Numbered from the stretch's first letter, positions 1 to 10,452 are shown. The stretch: 64,000 nt of DNA from Gammaproteobacteria bacterium (GCA_965116495.1 OZ220696.1:1632001-1696000); one strand, 5' to 3'. Program-made: numbers and translations. The notes: generated by a model from the letters alone, not told the origin.

Positions 1-1218
1 CTGGGTAAATTTGGTGGATTTAAAAATATTATTACTTATGACATGGGGGGTACCAGTACCGACATCAGCCTGATCCAGGACCTGAACCCTATCATTACCC
101 ATGAGCGCCAGTTTGCCGGGACGGTAATAAAGACCCCCCAACTGGATATTATTACAATCGGCGCAGGCGGTGGCAGTATAGCCTGGGTGGATCGCGACAA
201 AAGTCTGAAAGTCGGACCCCGTAGCGCTGGCGCCAAACCGGGGCCCGCCTGCTATGAACGCGGCGGCAGCAAACCGACGGTAACAGATGCAAATCTCCTC
301 TTGGGCCGGATCGGAGAAGCATCCGCTCTCGGCGGAGCCATGCAACTGAACAAGAGACTTGCAGGACACGCAATTTCAAGCTTGAGCGAAGCTACAGGCA
401 TAGATGATCCCCATCAACTTGCCGAAGGCATTCTCAGGATATGTAACAACAATATGGCCGGTGCCGTGCGTAACGTTTCCGTTGAACGCGGTCTTGATCC
501 CCGTGACTTTGCCCTCATGCCCATGGGTGGCGCGGGCCCAATGCATGCGGTCGCTGTCGCCGATGAATTAGGTATAGACAATGTGTTGATTCCGGCGAAT
601 CCGGGTAATGCCTGTGCAACCGGACTACTCGCCACAGACCTGCAGCATGACTATGTCCGGACCTACGTAACTGAGATGCAGGATGCGAATATTGATACGG
701 TACACGAATTGACCAGGGAGATGGAAAGCCTGGGTCGAAAACAATTGCTTCAGGAGGGGCTTCCGGAGCAGCGAATCAAGCTTCGCTGCAGTGCAGACAT
801 GCGTTATTCAGGACAGTCGTTTCAGCTCGAGGTGCCGGTAACTGAGAAAACCACACTTGAGGACATGGAAATGGCGTTTCATGAGAGTTATCAGAACGTT
901 TATGGATACAACAGGCGAGAGAAACCGGTTGAACTGGTGTATTTACGCGCTGTTGCGTCCGGTATTGTCGATAAACCTGTTCCCAGCATCGGAACTCCGG
1001 GAATGACAAACGGCGGTAGCAAAGAAAATCGTGAAATCTATTTCGACGGCAGGTTTCATAACTGTGACATTTATGAACGGAGCCGTCTTGACACCGATAC
1101 GAAAATCAACGGCCCCGCAGTTATCCAGGAATATGGTTCAACGACAGTACTACCTCCCGCTTGGCAGGCATGTCCCGACGAATTCGGCAACCTGCATTTA
1201 AGACGAATACAGGAGTAG
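1..1218 (+). CDS. Hydantoinase/oxoprolinase family subunit A (5'-truncated by window edge)
   Basis: Frame open from base 1; motifs DMGGTSTD, IGAGGGSIAW, SAGAKPGPACY, GGAGPMHA, DMRYxGQ. Confidence 0.92.
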   Translation: MGKFGGFKNIITYDMGGTSTDISLIQDLNPIITHERQFAGTVIKTPQLDIITIGAGGGSIAWVDRDKSLKVGPRSAGAKPGPACYERGGSKPTVTDANLLLGRIGEASALGGAMQLNKRLAGHAISSLSEATGIDDPHQLAEGILRICNNNMAGAVRNVSVERGLDPRDFALMPMGGAGPMHAVAVADELGIDNVLIPANPGNACATGLLATDLQHDYVRTYVTEMQDANIDTVHELTREMESLGRKQLLQEGLPEQRIKLRCSADMRYSGQSFQLEVPVTEKTTLEDMEMAFHESYQNVYGYNRREKPVELVYLRAVASGIVDKPVPSIGTPGMTNGGSKENREIYFDGRFHNCDIYERSRLDTDTKINGPAVIQEYGSTTVLPPAWQACPDEFGNLHLRRIQE

Positions 1219-1222
1219 AGTC

Positions 1223-3271
1223 ATGACAGCAAGGGTCGATCCGATTACGCTTGAAGTCGTACAAGGCTCATTCATCACGACAGTACGGAACATGCGGGCA
1301 ACACTGATCCGTACGTCTTATGCCCCCATCCTTTATGATACCCGTGATCTCTCCTGTGCATTGTTGAGCCCTGCCGGGGAACTCGTCGCCATGTCTGACG
1401 GTGATTTTTCCGGGCATGTATTCTCGCTGCAGCTCGGTCTGGCGCCAATCCTGAAAAAGTTTGGCGGGCGCATGCGTCCGGGGGATGTTTATATGTTTAA
1501 CGATCCCTACACGGGTGGCACCCACATGAATGACATCGCGTTTTACAAGCCGCATTTTATCAAGGACCGGATCATATTATTTGAAACGGTACGGGCACAC
1601 TGGTCCGATGTTGGCGGCGCGACCCCTGGTAGTTTTTCCGGGCAGGATACGGAGATTTTCCAGGAAGGTGTCCGTATTCCGCCGGTCAAACTGGTTGATC
1701 AAGGGCAAATAAACCAGGACCTCTGGGATCTGTTGTTTGCCAATGTCCGTCTCGCTGACGAACAGGAAGGTAATGCCCTGGCAATGTTGGACAGCGTAAA
1801 CGTGGGTGACAAGCAGATCAATGAACTGTGTGAAAAATACAGTACGGAAGTCATCGAACAATGTCGTGACACCATGCTGGATCGTGCCGAACAAACCCTG
1901 AAGGAAGAAATAGGAAAACTTACCCCAGGTGAATACTACGTCGAGCACTACTGCGACAATACCGGCATCACTCCCGACCCGGTGCCCATACGAATTCGCA
2001 TGACAGTGCAGGATGAATCCCTGAAATTTGATTTCACCGGTACCGCGGCGGAGTTTGAAGGACCCATGAACATCGGTCCGGCAGTGACCCAGGCGGGTGT
2101 GTTTGTGATTGTCAAAGCCTGGCTCGACCCGCTTACACCGGTAAACGGCGGCACTTTCCGGCCTATGGAATTCGTCCTGCCAAAAGGCACCATTGTAAAT
2201 GCAAACCCGCCGCGCGCGGTGGCCGGGGTCTGGGAGTTGTACCGTAAGATACAATCCGCCGTGGCCGGTATTTTCAGCCAGGTCCAGCCGGATAATGCAG
2301 GTGGGGCCGCAATGGAGACGATTAACCATATCTATATCACGAGCTTCGACCCGGTTGCCGGTAAACACTATATTCTGTATGAATATCCGCAAGGGGGTTT
2401 CCCTGCGACCAGTATAAGTGACGGTTCCACGGGCAGTCCCTCCTATGACGGTGGTGACGTCCCGAGTATCTACCCGGTGGAAAGCTCGGAGCAACGGCAA
2501 CCCTTACGCATTGAAAGCACTGAAATAACCACCGATGGCGAAGGCGCAGGAAAATTCAGAAGCGGCTTTGGCATCACACGCCGTCTTCGGGTGATTGGCG
2601 ATAACAGCCAGCTAAATGTCATGTCAGACGCTTCGGTGATTCCTCCATGGGGTGTGGCAGGAGCGACGGAAGGCGGTTTTAACGCGTGTGGCGTCATCCG
2701 TGACGGTGAACCAATCGAACCTTCCAACCTGCCCGGCAAGGTACGATCATTTCCCCTGAAGGATGGCGACTTGGTAATTATGCGCGCCACCTCCGGAGGG
2801 GGAGTGGGAGATCCGCTGGATCGCGATCCTGAACTGGTGTTGAACGACGTGCTGCTGGAGTATGTCAGCAAACAACGCGCCCATGACGTTTACGGCGTAG
2901 TGATAAACGATGGAACTGTAAATGGCGCGGCAACGGTGGCATTACGTTCGAAACTACGCCGGGAAAAACATCATATTAATATTATCGCCGCAGATGAAGA
3001 TACTTATGACCACAGGGGTTGCCGTGTCAGCACACTTAATGCAGGTGACGCCGGCTCACTGGGTCTGAAAGATGGTGAAATGATTGAGTTTGTTCCCGAT
3101 ATCGGCGCACCGTTACGTAGCTGGGCATTTATTTCAAATGAAATCGAACAAGGCGCCATCAAATTAGGGCCGCTGGGTCAAGCGGCACTCAGGATCAAGA
3201 ATGGTGAGCAGATTCAGATCCGCCGTTTAAAACAGGCGCCCCCGATTACCCATTACAACCAGCGTCGCTGA
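1223..3271 (+). CDS. Hydantoinase B/oxoprolinase family subunit with ~100-aa C-terminal extension
   Basis: N-terminal DPITLEV, NDPYTGGTHMND, AHWSDVGG..PGS, EIFQEG, GAGKFRSG, GGGVGDPLDRDPE. Confidence 0.92.
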   Translation: MTARVDPITLEVVQGSFITTVRNMRATLIRTSYAPILYDTRDLSCALLSPAGELVAMSDGDFSGHVFSLQLGLAPILKKFGGRMRPGDVYMFNDPYTGGTHMNDIAFYKPHFIKDRIILFETVRAHWSDVGGATPGSFSGQDTEIFQEGVRIPPVKLVDQGQINQDLWDLLFANVRLADEQEGNALAMLDSVNVGDKQINELCEKYSTEVIEQCRDTMLDRAEQTLKEEIGKLTPGEYYVEHYCDNTGITPDPVPIRIRMTVQDESLKFDFTGTAAEFEGPMNIGPAVTQAGVFVIVKAWLDPLTPVNGGTFRPMEFVLPKGTIVNANPPRAVAGVWELYRKIQSAVAGIFSQVQPDNAGGAAMETINHIYITSFDPVAGKHYILYEYPQGGFPATSISDGSTGSPSYDGGDVPSIYPVESSEQRQPLRIESTEITTDGEGAGKFRSGFGITRRLRVIGDNSQLNVMSDASVIPPWGVAGATEGGFNACGVIRDGEPIEPSNLPGKVRSFPLKDGDLVIMRATSGGGVGDPLDRDPELVLNDVLLEYVSKQRAHDVYGVVINDGTVNGAATVALRSKLRREKHHINIIAADEDTYDHRGCRVSTLNAGDAGSLGLKDGEMIEFVPDIGAPLRSWAFISNEIEQGAIKLGPLGQAALRIKNGEQIQIRRLKQAPPITHYNQRR

Positions 3272-3310
3272 CTTCAAAACAACTGACACGGGTTGAACGG
3301 AATAAGGGTT

Positions 3311-4568
3311 ATGAGAAAAATCGCTATCGTAGGCTCCGGCCAGGCCGGATTGCAACTGGGCTTTGGACTGCTGAGGGCCGGTTATGAACCGACAATCTAT
3401 TCCGACATGACCGCCAGGCAAATCTATGACAGTCCACAACGGCCGGTGACCATACAGTTTGACCCGTCGGTAACATTTGAAGATGAACTTGAACTGCGCT
3501 TCTGGCGGGAGAATCGCTACAGCCTGATACACGAAGTCTACATGACGGTATTCTCACCGGAGGGTGAGAGGTTAATGGTGGTTAACGGGGAATTTGATAA
3601 ACCGGCACAGTGCATGGATTTGCGGATGAAGTTCAGCAAATGGCTGGAAGAGTTTGAAACCCGGGGGGGGAAACGTAGTCATAGAAAAATGCGACATCGA
3701 TTCCATTGAACGCATGGCTACGAATAATGACCTCGTCATCATCGCAGCGGGGCGCGGGCAGTTTATGGAATTGTTTGAAACGGATGATAGCAAGATGGAA
3801 TTTGACCGACCGCAGCGGCAAGTCGCCATGTTCTGTACCCGGGGGAGTAATATGCATAAACAACTGGAAGACGTGCCCGGGGCAACAGACAAACAGATTT
3901 CACGTTACAGCGTCATCGCAGGTGTGGGTGAAGTAATCAAGGCGCCGTACCTGAGCAAATCGGGCGAGGAACATCATTATGTGCAGTTTGAGGCCATACC
4001 CGGCGCTGGGATGGATATGTTTGACCGCCGGGCTGATGTCGATGAACAATATGAAATAGGCAAGGAATGGTTGCGTAGACATCAGCCACTGATTTATGAG
4101 TTGATTGCCGGGTCGACCACAACACCGGAAAAAGAATGGGTCTGCGGCATGATCCCGCCTACAGTACGCAGGCCGGTCGGACGCCTGCCCAGCGGCAACG
4201 TCGTTTTCGGTGTTGGTGATGCGGCCATCCTTAATGATCCCATACTGGCGCAGGGCCTGAACGGCGCATCGAAATGGATGGCGCTGTTGCTTAATCAGAT
4301 CGTAGCGCATGCTGGTGCACCGTTTACGGCTGAATGGATGCAGGCGTCTTTTGACGAATACTGGCAGACTGCCCAATACAACAATAAATTTACCAATACC
4401 GGTTTACGCGGCCCTGGTGAAGTGCAACAAAAACTCATGCTGGCCGCAAGTCAAAACAAAAAGCTGGCGCATAAATTCATAAACAGTATCGGCGATGCCT
4501 CTAAATTTCATCCGTGGTATTGGGATGCAAAAGAAGCCGAGAGAATGATAGCAGAATACAGTAATTAA
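3311..4568 (+). pseudogene. Styrene/indole monooxygenase (StyA-like) FAD-dependent oxygenase, frameshifted at a G8 run (3663-3670)
   Basis: ORF 3311-3709 has RKIAIVGSGQAGLQLG; ORF 3654-4568 has IIAAGRG, PPTVRRPVGRLPSG, GDAAILNDPILAQGLNGASK. Removing one G joins them (EFETRGGNVVIE). May be a sequencing error. Confidence 0.75.
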
Positions 4569-4578
4569 GGCAACGATA

Positions 4579-4866
4579 ATGAACGTTATAATCGCATTAG
4601 AAGTCACGGCAAAAGCAGGAAAGGAAGACGCTCTACGGGAGTTTTTTGATGAAACGCTTCCGGACACGCGTAAGTTTGAGGGTTGTATCAGTGTGGAAGC
4701 TCACTCAGAAAACTCTCATCCCGAGAATATATTTCTGTTTGAAGAATGGACATCCAAATCAGCCTACGAAAATTATCTTGCCTGGCGGGGAGAGCGTGGA
4801 GATTTTGAAAAGCTTATGAATTTAATTCAGGGAGAACCGGTTATTCGTTTCTTTGACAGGATTTAG
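4579..4866 (+). CDS. Antibiotic biosynthesis monooxygenase (ABM) family / putative quinol monooxygenase
   Basis: 95 aa; DTRKFEGC, FEEWTSKSAYENYLAWR. Confidence 0.85.
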   Translation: MNVIIALEVTAKAGKEDALREFFDETLPDTRKFEGCISVEAHSENSHPENIFLFEEWTSKSAYENYLAWRGERGDFEKLMNLIQGEPVIRFFDRI

Positions 4867-4884
4867 CCTGTCTTTTGGCTGATT

Positions 4885-4935
4885 GGGGACGGACCCCCGC
4901 TTAGAACATGCGGAGGTATGCTTGAATCCGTCCCC
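4885..4935 (+). repeat. GGGGACAG-family palindrome carrying a 27-nt internal hairpin insert
   Basis: ggggacggac-ccccgcttagaacatgcggaggtatgc-ttgaatccgtcccc; related copies at 18496, 23592, 37916, 37971. Confidence 0.85.
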
Positions 4936-4945
4936 TTACTGTCTG

Positions 4946-5221
4946 TCAAGCGGCGATTTGCAGCGGATGCAAACCTGCCTTGGCCGCCATGGAAACAAGG
5001 GAATCGATTGAAAACCCTGACATTTTTCCCCTACACACGTCCCCAATTCGGGAACGCTGCACGCCCATGATTTCAGCAGCCTGTTTCTGCGTCAAACCAT
5101 TTTCCTTGATATAAGCAATAATGGCGTCAAACAAGGCAGCCTTGAGTTTCAACTGCTCAGCCTTACCCGGATCAGGCTCCAGATCATCGAACACGCTCCC
5201 GGTAGTTATTTGCTGTTTCAT
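4946..5221 (-). CDS. XRE/HigA-like HTH antitoxin
   Basis: GSVFDDL, LTQKQAAEIMGVQRSRIGD, FSIDSL; 4-bp overlap with upstream toxin. Confidence 0.88.
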   Translation of the reverse strand: MKQQITTGSVFDDLEPDPGKAEQLKLKAALFDAIIAYIKENGLTQKQAAEIMGVQRSRIGDVCRGKMSGFSIDSLVSMAAKAGLHPLQIAA

Positions 5222-5565
5222 TTCAGATTCTCTTTTGCATCCAGATATCGCTTTATGATCATTGCCTTATTGGGCATTGCCGTCGCTTGTGAAGTCTTCT
5301 GCCAGCAGTGTAGGACAGTAATATAACCACTGAATTTAGTCACGTAAGCAATTCGAAAAATAGCATTATCCTCTCTGGTTCGGATTTCATAAACTCCTGT
5401 GATGCCTCTGCCCAGGCCTGTTAAAGGCCTCCAGTCCTGCGATTCATTCCCTTCCTGCAAACGATGTAACTGATAACCAGCATCCTGAATAGCATTCTTC
5501 GGAAAAGCCATCAGTTCATCCTTGCTTTGTCCTACCCACCAGATTGGCTTGAGAATCCCTTCCAT
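5218..5565 (-). CDS. RelE/HigB (Gp49-like) type II toxin
   Basis: WVGQSKDELMAFP, AGYQLHRLQEG, GVYEIR, VLHCWQKTSQ; toxin-first order. Confidence 0.88.
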   Translation of the reverse strand: MEGILKPIWWVGQSKDELMAFPKNAIQDAGYQLHRLQEGNESQDWRPLTGLGRGITGVYEIRTREDNAIFRIAYVTKFSGYITVLHCWQKTSQATAMPNKAMIIKRYLDAKENLK

Positions 5566-5573
5566 AAAATGGA

Positions 5574-5593
5574 TTGTATAATATCTTATACAA
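5574..5593. promoter_or_regulatory. Palindromic operator candidate for the higBA-like operon
   Basis: TTGTATAA-TATC-TTATACAA just upstream of the toxin start. Confidence 0.6.
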
Positions 5594-5687
5594 AAAATAA
5601 AGGGGGGGTTTGAACCACTGAATCTATCTTCACTAGGCTAAGGAAAAAAGCCAGTTAGATAAACCAGATACTTTTTAATTCAACAAA

Positions 5688-5951
5688 CTACAGGCTATGG
5701 GTGAAGCGATTGTGCCATCCTGAAAATTCCATCGGTTCGGTAATTTCTCGCTCGGGTAATTCAAGCTCCTGACCGCCGTAAGCAGGCGCAAAAAGACGGA
5801 CAGCCAGATTACCGAGTCTTCCCGGTGTTGACACCGCCTGCTTGATAATTTGCCGAACTTCCTCTTCCATTGAGACACCATGCTGCGCGGCGCGGACACG
5901 TAACCTTCTCACCGTATCATCATCAAGTTTTCGAACACTCAGACTGGTCAT
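5688..5951 (-). CDS. FitA/StbC-like ribbon-helix-helix antitoxin, orphan (no PIN toxin downstream)
   Basis: MTSLSVRKLDDDTVRRLRVRAAQHGVSMEEEVRQII. Confidence 0.85.
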   Translation of the reverse strand: MTSLSVRKLDDDTVRRLRVRAAQHGVSMEEEVRQIIKQAVSTPGRLGNLAVRLFAPAYGGQELELPEREITEPMEFSGWHNRFTHSL

Positions 5952-6074
5952 ATTTCACTCCTGATGCATATAGATATATTGAAAGCAATACCGTCAAAAA
6001 TCTATGTAATTCTGAAGTTCAAGTTCATTATTACACAGATTAGACCTTCGGATGCGGGGGCATCCCCACAGTCT

Positions 6075-8348
6075 TCAGAACGTAAACGTCACCTCCCCCC
6101 CGATGACCCGGCCCTTGGCCAGCGCCCCGTAGGCGCCGCCCAGGGGGACGGGTCCCAGCATTGTCGGAAGCAGAGCGTCGCCACCGTGCTTGACCTCATT
6201 CAGCAGGTTCTTGCCGTAGACTGAAAACACCCAGTGCTCGTTTTCCGAGTGGAAGTCCAGGCTGGCATCGAGTATCTTTTGCGACAGAATATAACCCAGG
6301 TTGTTATCGGTGTAGCTGGACTTATCCCTGTAGGAGTAACTGACCCGTGAGGCGATATGGCCCCAGTCGCCGACCTGCTGGCGGCGCCTGAGGCCCAGAC
6401 TCCAGGTCCACTCCGCGGCGCGGGGCAGGTCCAGGTTCTTGTCCCGGCCGTCAAGCACACCATCGCTATTGAGATCGAAACTTACTTTCGTATAATCAGC
6501 ATCCAGCCAGCCTGCTGAAGCGGTAGCCTGGAGGTCTTCCGTCAGGTTGACGGCGCCGTCCAGTTCAATGCCGAGAATTTCAGCGTCCGCGGTATTCTTG
6601 ATGACCTGTACTACGCCTGAGAAGGGATCGGCCAGGTTGACTTCCCGTTGCATGTCTTCGATGTCATTGAAAAACAGTGCACCGTTCAGGTAGCCTTGCC
6701 CGAAACTGAACTTGAAGCCGAGTTCATAGCTGTCAACTGTCTCCTCGTCAAACGGACCGGGACCGAGGTTAACAGTATCGATGGCCGTGTTGCGCAGGTT
6801 GTAACCGCCGGAACGGAAACCCCGGGTCCAGTGGGCGTAGATGCGCGCCGTATCGGAGAAGTGGTAAATCATACCCAGCTTGGGCGACCAGTTTTTCCAG
6901 TCTTCGCTGTCGGTGAAATCAAATGGGCAGGTACCGTCCAGCACGTTACAGGGTGAATTCACGTTCCTGATCAGGGATGCTATGTCTGCCTCTTTCTCTT
7001 CCGATGTGTAGCGCAATCCGGCGCTGAGCGTTACGGACTCGCTGAGGTCATAGTCCACCGCCGCGAACACCCCGATAGTTTCTACATTGTATTCGCCGCC
7101 CCCATCCTGGGTCAGCGCCGGTGAACCGTCCGGGGTTAACAATCCCAGCAGGTTGCGCCGCTCATAGTAATCAATGTCGTTATTGAAATAGTAAATTCCC
7201 GCGGTCAGGTTGAAGCGCCCGGTGAATACGCCGTTGTAGCGAAGTTCGTTGCTCACCTGCTCGGATTCCGTGATTCCGATGCCATGAAACAGGCTGACCG
7301 GTTGGGAATCGATATCGCTGAGAAACGCCGATTCACTGTTCCGATAGCCGAAAATATTGGTAATTACGCCATTATTGCCTACATTCAAACTCATTTCTGC
7401 AGTGACAAAGTGGGTTTTCACATCCAGGAAGCCTTCCTCATCGATGGAAAAGTCATGACTATCCCGGTCAAAATTTACCGGTGACCCATCTATCCCGAGT
7501 CCATTGGTGTGCGCCTGGGAAGCGGAACCGTCGCCTTCGTTTTCCAGGTATTGATAGCGCAGGACCAGTTCCAGGTTTTCACCGGGTTTCCAGACCACCA
7601 CGGGACGAAACATGATCTGTTCGAGTGCGCCGAAATCATCACCGGTAAGTTTGTTCTCAAACCAGCCGTCATCATCGTTATAGTAGCCTGTGACGCCGAT
7701 GCTCAAAGTGTCACTGACCGGCCCGCTCATACTACCCATCAAGTACTTGTTCAGACCACCATCGCCGCCGCCGTCCAGCGCTGTACGCACGCGGGCCTCG
7801 AACTCGTCACCGGGTTTTCGGGTGTTCACCAGGATGGCGCCGCCGGTCACGTTACGCCCGAACAGGATTCCCTGGGGACCGCGCAGCACCTGGATACTCT
7901 CCAGGTCAAACAGGTCGAAAGCAACGCCATTGTTCGTACCTAGGTAAACGCCGTCCACAAATACACCGACGGTGGGATCGATGGACGCAATGGAACTGTT
8001 TATCCCCAGTCCGCGCATGGAAAAGTTGGCAATTCCCCTGGCGGTACCCACCTCATCCAGGGCCACGTTGGGCAGGCTCACGGCAAGGTCAGTCAGACCG
8101 CGTATTTTGCGCGCCCCTATCTCGCCGGCGCCCAGCGCACTCACCGAAAGCGGCACATCGAAGACCGTTTCTTCCCGTTTGCGCGCAGTGACCACCACCT
8201 CTTCAATCATGGGGACCATATCGCTGTGGTGATGGGCTTCCTGTGCGTAAGCTGCCTGCAGGGTGAAGGCGCCGCTGGGTATCAGGAGTGCGGCGGATAG
8301 TATAGAGATGTTACGGCAATGATTGACCATGTCGTGTGTTCTCTCCAT
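6075..8348 (-). CDS. TonB-dependent receptor
   Basis: Signal peptide, IEEVVVTARKREE, VLRGPQG..GRNVTGGA plug motif, C-terminal Phe. Confidence 0.95.
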   Translation of the reverse strand: MERTHDMVNHCRNISILSAALLIPSGAFTLQAAYAQEAHHHSDMVPMIEEVVVTARKREETVFDVPLSVSALGAGEIGARKIRGLTDLAVSLPNVALDEVGTARGIANFSMRGLGINSSIASIDPTVGVFVDGVYLGTNNGVAFDLFDLESIQVLRGPQGILFGRNVTGGAILVNTRKPGDEFEARVRTALDGGGDGGLNKYLMGSMSGPVSDTLSIGVTGYYNDDDGWFENKLTGDDFGALEQIMFRPVVVWKPGENLELVLRYQYLENEGDGSASQAHTNGLGIDGSPVNFDRDSHDFSIDEEGFLDVKTHFVTAEMSLNVGNNGVITNIFGYRNSESAFLSDIDSQPVSLFHGIGITESEQVSNELRYNGVFTGRFNLTAGIYYFNNDIDYYERRNLLGLLTPDGSPALTQDGGGEYNVETIGVFAAVDYDLSESVTLSAGLRYTSEEKEADIASLIRNVNSPCNVLDGTCPFDFTDSEDWKNWSPKLGMIYHFSDTARIYAHWTRGFRSGGYNLRNTAIDTVNLGPGPFDEETVDSYELGFKFSFGQGYLNGALFFNDIEDMQREVNLADPFSGVVQVIKNTADAEILGIELDGAVNLTEDLQATASAGWLDADYTKVSFDLNSDGVLDGRDKNLDLPRAAEWTWSLGLRRRQQVGDWGHIASRVSYSYRDKSSYTDNNLGYILSQKILDASLDFHSENEHWVFSVYGKNLLNEVKHGGDALLPTMLGPVPLGGAYGALAKGRVIGGEVTFTF

Positions 8349-8412
8349 CCACGTTTAGATATACCGGTTGATTGTATTATAAAAATATCAATGGGGTCAG
8401 ACTCGATTGATA

Positions 8413-10329
8413 TTATTTTTCGTGTTGCCGAAAAAAGGCTTCTACGTCGTTTAAGTCCTCCGTATGGGTCATATCCGGCAGGCTATTCAGGAAAACCCTG
8501 CCGTAGGGCCGGGTCCTTAACCTGGGATCGCCGATCATCAGCACGCCGTAATCGGCCTTGTCCCTGAGCAAACGGCCTATGCCCTGCTTCAGCACCAGCA
8601 CGGCTTCGGGTACCTGGTACTCCATAAACGGATTTCTGCCCTGTTCCTCCATCCGGGTCAACCTGGCGTTCAATACCGGGTCACCCGGCGCGGCAAATGG
8701 CAGTTTGTCGATGATGACGCAGGACAGGGCCTGGCCGCGCACGTCCACGCCTTCCCAGAAGCTGCTGGTGCCCAGCAATACCGCGTGGGGAGTGGTCCTG
8801 AACGTTTCCAGCAGTTCGGTGCGCGGCGCATCCCCCTGCACCAGTATGGGATAATCCAGCGCCGCGCCGATTAATTCGGCTGCCTGGCGCAACGCGCGAT
8901 GGCTGGTAAACAGGAAAAAGGCGCGTCCCCTGGTCAGCCGCAGCAGCGGGAGCGATTTTTCGACCAGGTTTGCGGTAAAGTCGGCCGTTCTCGGATCAGG
9001 CAGACCCCGGGGGAAATACAGCAACGACTGGGTATTGAAATCAAACGGGCTGTCCCAGCTCCTGGCCTTGACCTGTTCCAGGCCCAGTTGTGACGAGAAA
9101 TACTCAAACTCGCGGTTCACGCTCAGGGTTGCGGACGTGAATATACTCAGGCATTCGTACTCGCTGATGCGCGTGCGGAAGACATCGGCAATGTCCAGGG
9201 GCGTGCGGTGCAGGAAAAACCCGTTGCCGCGCAATTCCAGCCAGCGGATATACTCATCCTCTTCCCGGTCATTGAACTGGTCGAGATACGCCAGCGCCGC
9301 CTGTGTCCGCTTATGGCAGTTATCCAGAGACTTGCCCCTGCCGGCGAAGTCCTCCAGCACCTGGTGGACGGCATCCAACTTATCCAGCAGCGTTGACAAC
9401 GTAGTGGAGACGTCCGCCGTTTCCTTCAGTCCGGCCCAGGCAACCCGCTTGTCCTCGCCGGAAAAGCTCAGGCGCAGGTCGCGTATTGCTTTCTCGCACA
9501 GGTCCAGCATCCCGGGGAAATCAGGCAAATCGGCCGCTTCCTCAAAATAAGCCGTCCTGGAGTCGGATACCAGTTCCAGCAGTTGCCGGCCGCTCAGGGT
9601 CTCGCTGAAAAATTGTGAAGCCAGCTCCGGCAACTGGTGTGCCTCATCAAGAATAACCATCTCCGCACTGGGCAACAACTCGCCGTAACCGGCCTCCTTC
9701 AACACCATATCCGCCAGGAACAGGTGGTGGTTGACCACGGCCAGGTCCGCCTCAACAGCGCGGCGGCGGGCGCGGAACACGAAACAGTCGTCGTAAAAAT
9801 CACATTCCTGTCCGAGGCAGTTATCGACGCTGGAAACACAGGCCGGCCTGACGGAGGCGTCTTCCGGGATATGGGATAGCTCGGCCAGGTCGCCGCTGCC
9901 GGTCTGTTGCGACCAGGCGCGGATATCGGCCAGGTAATGCTTCGCCTGACTGCCCAGGCGGCGTGAGTCGAATTCCGCCTGTCCCAGGCGATGCAGGCAC
10001 AGGTAGTTGGCCCGTCCCTTCAGCAACGCCACGTTGAGTGGCCGCCCGACGGCTTTTCGCACCAGGGGCAGGTCGCGGGTAAAGAGCTGGTCCTGCAGGT
10101 GTTTGGTGCCGGTGGAGATGACCACCTTATGGCCGGACTGGAGCGCCGGCACGAGGTAGGCAAAGGTCTTGCCGGTGCCGGTGCCGGCCTCGCAGATCAG
10201 CGATTCGCCGTTGTCTATCGCCTCCCGAATGGCCTCGGCCATCTCGACCTGCTGGGGCCGCACCGTGAAATCCGGCACCAGGCCCGCGAGGGCACCATAT
10301 TCACCGAGGATGTCAGCGGGGGTCTGCAT
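8413..10329 (-). CDS. yoaA: ATP-dependent DNA helicase, DinG/YoaA family
   Basis: EAGTGTGKT, KGRANYLC, DEAH, FWEGVDV, IIDKLPF, QGIGRLLR. Confidence 0.92.
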   Translation of the reverse strand: MQTPADILGEYGALAGLVPDFTVRPQQVEMAEAIREAIDNGESLICEAGTGTGKTFAYLVPALQSGHKVVISTGTKHLQDQLFTRDLPLVRKAVGRPLNVALLKGRANYLCLHRLGQAEFDSRRLGSQAKHYLADIRAWSQQTGSGDLAELSHIPEDASVRPACVSSVDNCLGQECDFYDDCFVFRARRRAVEADLAVVNHHLFLADMVLKEAGYGELLPSAEMVILDEAHQLPELASQFFSETLSGRQLLELVSDSRTAYFEEAADLPDFPGMLDLCEKAIRDLRLSFSGEDKRVAWAGLKETADVSTTLSTLLDKLDAVHQVLEDFAGRGKSLDNCHKRTQAALAYLDQFNDREEDEYIRWLELRGNGFFLHRTPLDIADVFRTRISEYECLSIFTSATLSVNREFEYFSSQLGLEQVKARSWDSPFDFNTQSLLYFPRGLPDPRTADFTANLVEKSLPLLRLTRGRAFFLFTSHRALRQAAELIGAALDYPILVQGDAPRTELLETFRTTPHAVLLGTSSFWEGVDVRGQALSCVIIDKLPFAAPGDPVLNARLTRMEEQGRNPFMEYQVPEAVLVLKQGIGRLLRDKADYGVLMIGDPRLRTRPYGRVFLNSLPDMTHTEDLNDVEAFFRQHEK

Positions 10330-10375
10330 TTGATAACTATAAAATCCTTTTAAGGAGTCAGAGTGATAACCAATG

Positions 10376-10425
10376 GCTTATTTTCACATCATTGAGTAAT
10401 TTTACTCAATGATGTGAAAATAAGC
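10376..10425. repeat. Perfect 24-bp-arm inverted repeat, 2-nt loop
   Basis: gcttattttcacatcattgagtaa-tt-ttactcaatgatgtgaaaataagc. Confidence 0.95.
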
Positions 10426-10428
10426 GAA

Positions 10429-10452
10429 GGGGACGGACTTAAGCCCGTCTCC
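10429..10452. repeat. GGGGACAG-family palindrome, empty 24-bp form
   Basis: ggggacggacttaagcccgtctcc. Confidence 0.7.
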
